Source of the DNA: Hydrolagus affinis
Taxonomy: Eukaryota
Assembly (NCBI GenBank): GCA_012026655.1
Contig: JAAILG010001475.1
Coordinates: forward strand, 1 to 64,000
DNA length: 64,000 nt
Direction: 5' to 3'
The notes under the pieces are model-generated. The model was not told the DNA's origin and searched no databases. It worked only from the letters and a program-made list of their open reading frames with translations. A program made the position numbers and the translations under genes. Shown here in pieces: positions 37,914 through 49,451 of the stretch. How positions within the stretch are numbered: position 1 is the stretch's first letter; each line of letters begins with the position of its first letter.

Positions 37914-38473
37914 TAATAATAATCCTGACATTTGATATAGCGCTTTTCGCATCTTCTAGACGTCTCAAAGCGCTTCACAGAATACACTGTAAAGTTAATT
38001 GACTGTATATTTGTGGGTGAAACATGGCAGCCAAATGCGCACAGCAGCGTCCCACAAATAGTCGTGTGTTGAAATGACCAATTTCTTCCTGTTTTTTTTC
38101 TTGAGGGATTATTATCAGGCTTGTGGAGTAAGGAGATCTGCCCAAGGTTTTGCCTGGAAACAAACTCAGGTCTCTCACTTGTACCCCGACCCCTCCCCTC
38201 GCCATCTTTCCCCCCTTTTTCCCCTAATCCCACTTCCATGACTGTTTGTGGGACACTGCTGTGCGCAATTTGTCTGCCACGTTTTGCCCTCAAATATACA
38301 ATCAATTTTTTTTACTCTTCTTCATCCTGCCCTGACCCCTCCCCCACTGCTCTTGTCCCTACCTAACTGTACAGTGCCTTGGGACGTCCTCTCAACGTGA
38401 AAGGCGCTATATAAATGTAAGTTTAGATTGATTTGATTGATTGAGTGCTCTAATCACAGAGCTACAGGACTCC
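37914..38473 (-). mobile_element. Young SINE interrupted in its head by a plus-strand L2/SINE chimera (38184-38442)
   Basis: The SINE runs to ...cacttgta (38183) and resumes at gagtgctctaa (38443). The insert is a C-rich L2 3' UTR with a SINE-body piece (38235-38306) and a (TTGA)n tail. Confidence 0.88.
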
Positions 38474-40382
38474 ACTAAACTAAGACAAATTTTTTTAAGC
38501 AATTAAGAGAAAATTAAGTTTCCTTGTTTTAATTTAACAGATTTTATAAAGTCTTCAGGGATGATTTTTTTCCACAGGCCAAAAACACATTTTCATTCTT
38601 CTTACTTTTCTAGCCAATCCATTTAATCATCCTCGCTTTCTGTCCATTTTCCCCCTTTGCTATCAATAAAGTAATTACTGCCATACAACTGCAGACACCA
38701 GCTTATCTCCAATGACCCACCACATGCATCGATACCAACCCAAGTCAGACAGTCTAATAGCACCGCTCGGTGTCAAGGCCTACTGAGTGTCAGCTAATGC
38801 TGTCAAATATTTAATGCACAAGTCAAGCAGTTCGAGACATTCGGTTATTATCATAAAGGCACTACATTAATGCAAGTTGTTCTCAATTGTGAATAAACAT
38901 ATAAACAGCAATTATGCATGTCATTGTCCAGAATGTAATATTGTGGTAACATTTAAAATGTGTTAAGTTTATTACCAAATATGCATGTCCTTTTACCCTA
39001 AAAACCCTTAACAAGCCACTCCCCAAGCACAGGACAGTACCTTATAAAAAAATCTGATTTATTATTTAGCCCTTCGAAACTGCCTAAACTTATTTTCTTC
39101 CTAAGAGAGGAAATGTAAACATACATTGCTCAATACTACATTATCTTAAGCAATGCTGAATCAGGCAGTGTGCCTTGACTAAATAGTGCGTCGCCAAAAT
39201 GTTAAAGGTCTTGCAAAGCACATCTCCTGGGAAAAGATAATGGATGCAGAAAATAATTATACTGACTGACATTTGCGAGGTGAAACTATTTTCCTTCTGC
39301 AAAAACTATTTTGCCAATTTCCACGCTAATGCTGAAGGAGTACAGTCTAAACTACATTTCATAAACAGCTCTATTGATTTGGCAAAGCTGAACACCATTA
39401 AAAATTATACCAAAATGCTTTACTTTTGATGAATTTCGCGTTCAGAGATCACAGAGGAAACGGATCGCTTGAAATGTAGTACATTGGTCAAATAAGTTCA
39501 TGATTAAAGCAATGCCAAAGAGTATTAGCCAAGAAACTATTTTTAAAAAATTTCAACGGAAAGTTTGTGTGATGGTTTTCTTGAAAACCCTTAGCTCTTC
39601 AAGTGAGTTGTAAGAAACGAGTTGGTAAGGTGTTAAACAACTCCATGGCAAAATTAATTGCATGTTTCAGACACAAACCAGCACACACTAACATCATTGG
39701 GCCAGTGTCAAAAAAATGTGACACTATGAAACAAAAGGCTTATCTTCCTGGTTGATCTAATTAATGTTTTCACTGGTGAGAAGGCACAGAGAGAGTGTGG
39801 AAGGTGTTAATAATAACAATATTAATATTATTATTAAAAACAATAAACCTTGCATTTGATATAGTGCCTTATCACATCTTCGAGATGCCTCAATGCTCTT
39901 AAAAGTTTTGGAATATCTGCCAGTCTGGTACAAAAACGATATGAAAATCTAGAGTAGGACTTAAATGGTAGAGTAACAACAGACAAATAGCTGTATGTTC
40001 TGGCTAAGTGAAGAGCATCGTAGCATCATCTCTGGTGAACCGAGGTATAGCTAGCCAGCTCTTTTGTGAAACTCTTTTGTGTGACCTTCTGCATATTTGA
40101 AATCAGTGGGGTTTGTGGGGTGAACAGATTCTGATCTTCAATGCAAGTAAATTTATTAACTTTTTATATAATTTTATGATGTCCAACTAATTTTATGAAA
40201 TACCCAGCTAAAGTCCAGCAGAGACACCAGAAATATTCAAGCAAACCTGCAGAACATAAAAGTGTATCACCCTAGCCCTCAATCGCAACCCAGAAATAAA
40301 AACAATTCTGTCCCAGTCCCATGATATACAAGAATATCTCAGGTCTATCCCATTACTTTCAATGCAGTCCCCAACCAAATAT

Positions 40383-40432
40383 GAAGTCCTCCTGACGTGA
40401 AAGGCGCTCTATTAATGTAATTTTGTTGTTGT
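40383..40432 (+). mobile_element. L2-type tail, family A
   Basis: gtcctcctgacgtgaaaggcgctctattaatgtaattttgttgttgtt. Confidence 0.75.
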
Positions 40433-41167
40433 TTCTGATTTATATAATGCCTTTTGAGCAGGTTCTTCGGCACAGCATCTATTGCCTTTGCAGGATTATA
40501 TGTCAATAGATTTGCCTCACTACCTCTGTCCGCAGTATAGCATGAAACAAATCTATCCATATACTGTATTATTAAGGTAAGACCTGGTAGCATTATATTG
40601 CGTTCAGAAGATATGCCTTTAGCCCTTGAGCTTGTAAAAGTTTTCTGGAGGGTAAAAACTGGGATCCTTCTTATCTTTGCAGTATTTTCTTTTGCTTCTT
40701 CTGCCCCACCAGATCTCTACAACTGAAGCGCTTCCAGCATTTCAAGTTTGACATTCTTAAAAGAAGACAGGCTTTTGGACTTCGAAGAATAAACACAGCA
40801 TCAAGATCTTAGGACTTTTGTTGCATACCATCCTTGTGCGCCTACATTCTTTGTGCAGTTGGCCTCAGAGCAATGTTCACCTTTGCAATTCCATTTCTCT
40901 GCAATATCTGTATTATCTACTTCTTGATAGAGTTGCAATTAAACTAGGAATGGATATAATTATAATCTTTGTAGTTGGTATATAGCGTCTTTCACATTTG
41001 GAGGACAACCCAAATTTTCGCAGGATTTACTGTGTAGTGGAGAGAATCTAGGATACAGAAGGAAATCTGAGATTTAAAAACAGTTACTGCAACACTTGTT
41101 TAAACTCATCGATGTGCCTAAGAAAGGTATCAGCATAGACAAATTTGTAGGTAGCCAGTTTTTCAAT

Positions 41168-41300
41168 ATAATAATAATAAGTCCTTGCATTTGATATAGC
41201 GCTTTTCACATCTTCCAGATGTCTCAAAGTGCTTCACAGAATACACTGTAAAGAGAATTGACTGTGTATCTGTGGGCGAAACGTGGCAGCCAACTGCGCC
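41168..41300 (-). mobile_element. Young SINE 3' fragment
   Basis: Tail plus part of the body. Confidence 0.85.
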
Positions 41301-42027
41301 CAGGAGTATTAATACAGGAAATCTGACCAGTTTCTCTGTTAGATAAAACAGTGGAGTGCTGTGGCAGTATCTTTTCCCACCCACAATGGACATGTAATTA
41401 CTTAACCTGAGTAGTTTTGACAAAAGCTCAAACATTTGAAAAGGAACTCAATCCCCGAGCCCCAAGTCCCCAATGGAAAATGACAGTATTTCCAAAACAC
41501 TGCCGGGTCCTCCTCCTGATTAGCCACTGCCCCGAAACCTTTTTGGACAGTTCACCAGTCCGAGTACTTCAAATAGCGTTGACAACTCCCTGTTGTCCGA
41601 CACCAATGTTGAGGTCAATGACCACTTGGAGTAATGCGTTTGAACTGCTGACAAAATTCCCCGGGCACAGGCCACATGTTTCTGGATATCAGCAACTTTT
41701 GCCGTTTTGCAGTCAATGTCTTGGCTTTGGAGTTGTGTCACCTGTATTGGAGACCAGCACACATGAATATCAATGGGCCAGTGTCAAAAAATCTCACGCT
41801 TCTGCATCCAAATCCATTTCGCCATTAAGGTTTGTTGACAGTTGGTATGCTTATATTTGCTGACAAACTCAAAATTATAATATTGGGGCAAAGAGAAAAT
41901 CCCACAATATGTTACCGTGAAATCCTATTTCCTGTGCTCAACAGGCGCATTGTTTCAAATGAATATTTCGATACTTCAAAACTGCCATGGACAAACTATT
42001 CAACTATAAGCTTTGAATGTAATACAG

Positions 42028-42145
42028 TAGTAATCTTTGTATAGCGCTTTTCACGTCTTCTACATGTCTCAAAACACTTCACAGAATGTACTATAAAGTG
42101 ACAGTATAACAACCCACTATCCAAAAGTTAGTTTATCCCACTATT
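42028..42145 (-). mobile_element. SINE-tail element with a non-SINE 5' segment (shared with 53508-53668)
   Basis: SINE tail joined to gtataacaacccactatccaaaagttagtttatcccact. Confidence 0.65.
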
Positions 42146-43334
42146 ACGCAGAATTTAAAATACTATTGTCCTCTGTTGCACACAATGCAGCGGAAATAAT
42201 AATATCTTCCAAGAAAGATGAGCTTTATTTGAAATTCACTGAAGAGGCAATCTGTGATTTTCTGTGCAGTTTATTTTAAAGGTGAGATTTGTCGGTGGGC
42301 GAGTGGAGGTATTCAGCACTTAAATTCAAATAAATAATATTTTGAAACCGCTTACTACTGCTACCAAAACCCCTCTGAAGATGCCTCTCTGGTCATGTCT
42401 AATTCAAGAGACAGTCAGAAACAGTTGCAGCACTCTCACTCACCGTTTTTTCAGCGTGCTCTTCCAGGATCTGAGCCAGTTTGAAAACTCCTCAACTAAA
42501 GTGATAATTGCACTTTGAACATAGTGTAATGTTGAGATAATGGATGGTTAGAGATGCATTGCATGGATACAACTTAATCAAATTGGTTTTCACCTGGAAA
42601 CCCACAGAGTGAGACTGTGAAGCTATAGATATACTATCGATATTGTGGAATACACAGGCAAGTGTGAAGCAGTTATCCAGATGATCTATACGGGAAATAG
42701 TTGGTCTTAATTCCCAAAATTTGTGTTAATCCAGTCCCTGAATATTAATGAATTGAAACTAAGTACAGTACAGCCTGATTGCCAAGTGGATGCAAGTAAA
42801 ACAATTTTAAAGTTATGAAAATATTGCTAAATGCACAGTTTGTTTTATGTATCAAAAGCTTAGAGAAACTGAAAAACTACCCGGTCATGAACTGATTTTC
42901 ATACAAAAAATATTCCCATATGCCCGTGATAATCTTCTAATTTCAATTAAAAAAAAATAAAACAATCCAAAATTAAACCCTGGGCATGTTGGTAGTGACA
43001 AGACCCAATTGGCTTCCAAAGCAATCTTGCAAAACAGCAAACACAAATGCTAAGCAGGGTACATAGATAAGAATCCGCGAGGGAGCTTATAATAAAAAAT
43101 AATGGACAATTTACACCACAGAATGCAAATTGTTGACTTATTCTAATATCGGGCCTGAAAGCTGTGTACCAGCTGTTCAAGTATAAACCTTGCTTAAATC
43201 CTATGTACTGTATGTGATTCTGCATCAAGTTGGTTTGAGGTTTCAACAAAAGTAATTGGACCATCAATGGACATTATCCTCAGTGAAACGCCATTTTTAA
43301 TTTGGCTCTATTGATTCCAAAACCTTTTTCGAAA

Positions 43335-43388
43335 GGACGTCCTCCCAACATGAAGGGCAGTCTACAAATGTAATTTTGTTTTGTTGTT
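43335..43388 (+). mobile_element. L2-type tail, family A
   Basis: ggacgtcctcccaacatgaagggcagtctacaaatgtaattttgttttgttg. Confidence 0.65.
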
Positions 43389-45830
43389 TTTAAGAAGCAA
43401 CACCGTGCAATTATTACAATTAGTGTTAAGATATCAATTTTAAAAATGTTCACGAATAGTACTGAATGCAATACATCAGAAGAGAAAGGAAAAATGAGGT
43501 ACAAGCAGATTTGAACTGGTTATGCAAGCACTACAACAGGCAAAGCAATGTTTAGGATGCATTGGTTTGTATTAAATTTTTAATTAAGTGGATTTGTCTG
43601 TATTTTGAAATAAGTCTTGAAGATGCAGCATCCAACTACTGTACTAATACGTCCATAACATTGCGGGCAACGTCAAATGGTACTCCAGCGGGTTATCAAA
43701 GAAATAATGAGTCAGTTAGTGATCTGCCCATAAAAATAATCGAATCTGGCCTCAGTGTTCCATGTCCCTAACTCAATGTCACAAGGGAAAACAATAACAA
43801 TTTACAGTTGTGTAGCACCCTTGAATTAAAAATTAATGAATATTTGCATGTACATGACAGAATATTTTAATGTATAGGTTCTTATCAGTTCACGCAAAAC
43901 TTTTGTTTAGCTTGAAATCTTCTTCAAAATATTCTCTAATTGTTGGGCATGTGAATCGCAACCTCATAGGAGAAACAGTTTAATGAGGAGTCATATTCAA
44001 AGTGAAAAATTAATCTGTGCAAACCTCCCGCCCATCAGTCTATTCGCTGTGTTTCAATCGAACAATGCAGCAAAGCACAGAACAAAACAAAAACAAAGCA
44101 ATCATTTCTACAGCTTAACTAAATTATTTCACATTTGTAATTGAGAAATGGAGTTGTTGATTGCAAATTGAATTTAAACTAGCTCGGTAGTCAGTCTGCC
44201 ATCACACTAGCTAGTGTGTAGATATGGCTTCTGTGACAAAGATCTTAAAAGGTTTCTTAGATCTACACAGGTCCATATGGTAGAAAATAACTGTGCAAAT
44301 CTGCTCCCATAGATGCAGGCGCTATGCACCCCTTGACAGTCAACTACAGTTCGATGCTTACATTTGATAATTTGCAGATCACCAGCAATCAGGCCCTCGA
44401 TTTATCTATAGGAATAAGAGGAGATTCAATCCTTTATTTCATAAAACGCTTGGTCCAATCGCTGAAATTTTAAATGCTGAGAAAGTCAATCCACAGTAAC
44501 TGCCCAAAGAGTGATAATTTGCTAATTCTTCACAGGTAATCAGTTTAAAATTGGAATACAAGAACCAAATTAGTTGCACTAAATTTAACAGCTGTTCTGC
44601 TCACATAATTAGTTTCACTGGAGCCATCTGCATTCTGACTTCATAGTGAGACACTGCAGTTAAAACAAACCACAGCATAACTTTAAATGTGCACTGGTCT
44701 TATAAAATTTGTATTTTACTGGCAAATGTGTTTTAAAGCACATACAGTAATGACTTGTAGATTTATATTTATGAAGTGCCTTAAGGCCCAAAGATGTCTT
44801 TAAACAAAATTTATGGCTTACATGTGAACTGTTTTGCTTCACACTTTCATAACTCAGGTCATTTAGAACTTTGCAGCCAAAGGGAAAGAGAGAGAGAGAA
44901 AAAAAACGAGAAAACAGAAACACCAAAAAAAAAACACATGGACAATTATATTTCGAACAGACTCGTGACAAAAAGCAGACACACATACCAGCACCAAAAG
45001 GAAACCTCACTTAATTAAATGTATACTTGCATCTGGAATCTCACCCTAATAAAAAGTGAAACAAATAATTTCTAATACTCTGAAGGAAATGAGATCAGTA
45101 TATTTGGCTTTGTCCTTTGCTAGGAAATATCAATGTTATTAACAGCATTAAACTAAAAACTGTACAAACTAGAGAATTCCCCCAAACGTGCCGACGATAT
45201 TACTAAACTGGGATTCAATCGTCTAAAACTGTCTGCAAATCCGGGAGAAAGGTAGGAACTGGAATTCATATAAAAATTAAAACATAGTAAATATGGATCA
45301 AAATAATGCTAATAAGCAACACTTGAAGTAAATGGGATCATGCATTTCAATTCAAATTTTGATGTAAAATGCATTGAACTACACCTGTCAATAGTTTTTA
45401 TTTAAGAAAACACCTTTCTTTCCTTCCAGTCTACTCACCTTATTTTTGAATGGCAAAAGAAAATAAAAAATGAAAATCTACACGCAAGAAATCATTCGAT
45501 CATATGCAGTTATTTGTGGACAGATGATTTAAGACTTTAGAATGCAGACCTTATGTTATTTTATGCATTGGTTCTCTAAAAGTGCAAGATTATTGTTTTG
45601 ACACCCAAAGCATTCAACAATTGTTTGCTGAACAAACGGTTTCCAATCTATATTAGAATTTAAGCCCAGTTAGAGCTACAGGGATAAAGGTTTTATCACT
45701 TTAGTAATTGTTAAGGGATCATAAGCAAATATTACGGTAATGAAACTTCAGCTGGTAACTCAACTTGTGCACTGAGCAGCCCGCATAATTGGTTTGGATT
45801 TTGAATGAATGGAAAAATCTGCAGGTGTGT

Positions 45831-46625
45831 CAGCCTGGCTCAGTTGGTGGGATGTTCACCTCCAAATCAAAAGGTTATGGATTCAAGCCCTGCATTGGGA
45901 TTTGGAACCCATATAATCCAATCCAAGTCCAACGCGGCAGTGCTGGGGGTATCTTGTGCTGCTGGAAGTACAGTAAAAGCTTGTTTATCTGGCACCCAAC
46001 CAACCGGAACGCTCAACCAACCAGTATCTCCCAATACAATTCACCATTCCAGCAAACGGATCTCATAGCAGAGCCATCCAGGAGCGAGTATGCTCAATAT
46101 GCGCATGCGTGCAATGCGTGCGCATGCACACTTATTAAACTTAACGAACGCCGGAATTTTTATTTTACCGATCATTTTACCAAGTGTGCTGGAATGCTTT
46201 ATTGGTAAGTATCCATACAATATTCTGTTATTATTTAGTCTATTATGAATATGGTATGATTTAAATTTTTAATTTTAATTTAAATTCAAGTAAATGTTTT
46301 GTGTAGGATTTTCGGCAACTTGCCACTTGAATATCCGGCATATTTGATTAACCGGCACCGGGCAGGTCCCGAGGGTGCCGGATAACCAAGCTTTTACTTC
46401 TACCCTTCAGCTAAAACATCAAACCTTCTGCATATACAGGTGGACGTTCAAGATCCCACGGCCAACAATCCCGCAAACAAAATTGGGCCTTAATTTCATA
46501 ACTGTTTATGAGACAATGCTGTGTGCAAACAGGCTGCAGTAATGGCATTTGGACCTTGTTAATAAGTGCAGCTGGGGAGACAGGCAAGGAGTGATTTGGA
46601 AAGGCTCTATGTTAAATGTAAAGAT
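45831..46625 (+). mobile_element. Old Deu-domain SINE split by a MITE
   Basis: Head cctggctcagttgg...ggattcaagccc...gcagtgctggggg..gctggaag before 45970; continues after 46402 with aacatcaaacc...caggtggacgttcaagatcccacggc...tgctgtgtgcaaa. Confidence 0.7.
45971..46400. mobile_element. Non-autonomous DNA transposon (Tigger/pogo-like MITE, Tc1/mariner superfamily)
   Basis: TA on both sides (45969-70, 46401-02); ~27-bp TIR cagtaaaagcttgtttatctggcaccc / gggtgccggataaccaagcttttactt(c); subterminal a(a/t)ccgg repeats; no transposase ORF. Confidence 0.88.
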
Positions 46626-47994
46626 CATTAATATTGTTAAATCTATTATCAAATAAACCAAGTTCACCACAATCGCTCTGCGAAACGCCTTAAATGAGCA
46701 AAATTATGAACAAACTATTTTGGGTTTGTTGTGTGTGAAATAGCCTCTACTGTTAAAAAGCATGATGGCAAATTTACATTGAGTGACAATGTGCGATATT
46801 AGAAGCTTTGTTACAGCTCCTAAGAAAAGCTGACATGACTTTCACCAGTATCAATCTAGTCCCAACAGACTTGTCTCAGAAAAGAAAAGAAACAGTTTAA
46901 AAATGGAACAAGTCAAGAGTGTGAAAAGCGAAAATTTCACAACTGCACAGCAGTAGGTAATCATCTGAGTGTTAGACTGATGGTGTAGAACAGGAGAAGC
47001 CCAATTAAAAGCATGAGAATATTTGATAATTTCAGAGAAAATGAAATGTAAAGCAGACTACAGTATTAACAACAGAAACTTTTCCTCTCCCCCCAAAAAA
47101 AACCCTTGTGTTGAACATCTACAGATTGGAAAACGCGTTTGAAAAGGGATAAACGCACAACAGTCGTAGATTTCAATAGAAATTTCAATAGTGGTTCATT
47201 TAGTTTTTTCAATTGGAATAGTGTTTTTTGCTGCATTTCTTCTGTTACTAAGAAGCACTTTTTTTTTAGGAAATCCTAAATAAGAAAATTTCTACCTTAT
47301 ACCATTTATATCGAGTGAATCACTCCCAAACATTATGATATTCACCCCTAAATCTGTAATGCGAGACGTCTCAGCGTCATGATAAGGCACGATATCAAAT
47401 TCAAGGAACATTATTATAATTATACACTACAATGTCACAGGATTACAATATATAATGGCACCATTAGCAACTATTAACTATTCCTCAACAGTTATTCATA
47501 AAACAAGTTATGATAATTAAAATTGTTCTTGACTTTTTTAAAAAACATTTTTTTTAAAAGAAAATCTGCAGCATTAATGTTATCTGTCATAATTGTGGTA
47601 GACAAACCATGGTGATAATAACACTGATCACAATGTTAATAAGATAATCATGCAACAACACACAGCATTAATCTCTACAGACTATAATAAAAACTTTTAG
47701 CACACAAAAAAAATCAAAGGATTCCCTATGGAAATTAGCAACACAATTTGTTGCATGATTGGGTGTAAAAGTTCAAATTGCACTTACTTTCAGTGTACGT
47801 TTTCATTTGTAGAGAATAAAAAATGTTAGATTGGCGAATCTATCTGATTATTCACTGCATAGGTATCAAACAAAAGTGAAAACAGTGCTGAAGTACAGAA
47901 AATATGACTCAAAGTGTGAATAGATATATATACCCATTTTTATGGGTAAATACCCATAATTTAATATACTGTAATATAAAATATAAATAAATAA

Positions 47995-48108
47995 TGCAGC
48001 ATTTTGCCCACATATTTACAGTCAATTCACCTTATAGTATACTCTGTGATGCGCTTTGAGACGTCTAGAAGATGTGAAAAGTGCTATATTTAATGAAAGG
48101 ATTATTAC
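47995..48108 (+). mobile_element. Young SINE 3' fragment
   Basis: ttttgcccacatatttacagtcaattcacc...gagacgtctagaagatgtgaaaagtgc. Confidence 0.85.
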
Positions 48109-48434
48109 ATTGAATAAAGCTGATCTGACATACATTAAAAAAAATTCTTTGCTCATTTGTGTTTTATTAGAGGCTTTTCATGTCATTTTTGAAAATATAA
48201 GAGTTGGATTAATCAGTAATAAATGTATTCTCTGCTAATTATTTTAAACTCAAATAATCAATGTCAATCAGCGCAAGGATATCGAATCAAATAGAATATT
48301 CCAAGCAGATATTCTATAAATACTTGATTTTTAAATATGCGCAGGACTATGCAATATGTACTGCAGGATTTTTTTTCCCCAAGTACTGTAGCTAAAATTT
48401 GTTATTAAAAGTAAACTATATTTCAATACGACAA

Positions 48435-48840
48435 AAAATATACAGTCAATTCACTTTACATTATATTTTGTAAGTGCTTTGAGATGTCTTGAAGATGTGA
48501 TATATATATATATTCCTGCAGCTCAGTGGTTGGAACACTCGCCTCACAAGCGAGAGATCTGGGTTCAATTCCCAACAGGGTGAAACCTTTGGCAACTTTC
48601 CTTACTTCACATGCCCAATACAGTAATAATCTCTCAAGAAAAAAAACAATAATAATTTGGTCACTTCAATCCACACCGCTATGCATAATTGGCTGCCGTA
48701 TTTCACCCGCAAATATACAGTCAATTCACTTTACAGTACATTCTGTGAAGCGCTTTGAAGTGGGCGTCTAGAAGATGTGAAAAGCACTATATCAAATGCA
48801 AGGATTATTATTATATTAAATGTAAGGATTATTATTATTA
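48435..48840 (+). mobile_element. SINE 3' fragment (48435-48500) followed head-to-tail by a near-full SINE variant (48513-48840) with a duplicated tail
   Basis: ttcctgcagctcagtggttggaacactcgcctcacaagcgag...gggttcaattcc head; aaatg(c/t)aaggattattatta occurs twice at the 3' end. Confidence 0.88.
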
Positions 48841-49374
48841 CAAGTACATTTAAACAGACTTTGATCTAATTTTTATACGTTACAACTGAATAAATGTAAA
48901 TGTATTTTTCTCTGAAATTCTGTCAGGAAATGATCCCTCATTGTGAAGTTAACCCACAGCCAAAAGCTGGAATCAATCTGTGCAAACAATAAAAACCTTG
49001 CAACAAAGCAGAACCTCATTCTATTATCTAAAAAAGAGAAATAGAATAGGATGTAGGGGAAAAGCAAGAGAATGGGAATTTAAGAGGGGCAGCACAAGGA
49101 CAATGAACTGAAACAGTCTCCTTCTGTGCTGTAAATTTCTCTGCTTCTATAGAAAACCCATTCCAAACCTTCCCTGACATTAAATCTCTTTTGAATTTTG
49201 TACTTAATATGCACTCAGTTCTGTAATTTTCCTGCAAAATCTATTGTGTTGTGGAGAGCCTTATTTTGACATGCTATTTAACAGGTATTTTTCTCTGCTA
49301 TTCCCTTTTCTAGGGGCTTCCAAAGGCCATGCACAATGCTTTGTGAAGAGCCATGCCAGTGGTCAAACCTTCGA

Positions 49375-49451
49375 GAGGCTTTGAGACGTCTCGAAGACGC
49401 GATAAGGTGCTATATCACATGCAAGGATTCTTATCATCATTATTATTATTA
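49375..49451 (+). mobile_element. SINE tail fragment
   Basis: gctttgagacgtctcgaagacgcgataaggtgctatatcacatgcaagg...(att)n. Confidence 0.75.

Noticed and set aside
41417-41863. 148-aa ORF, the longest in the window
   Set aside because: TTG start, no recognisable domain and no splice context; the relatively GC-rich segment may be an unidentified old repeat.
48513-48595. tRNA-Val-like cloverleaf (also the heads at 12347, 29160-29239 and 32610-32692)
   Set aside because: Continues into the SINE body and tail and has a poor acceptor stem; these are SINE heads, not tRNA genes.
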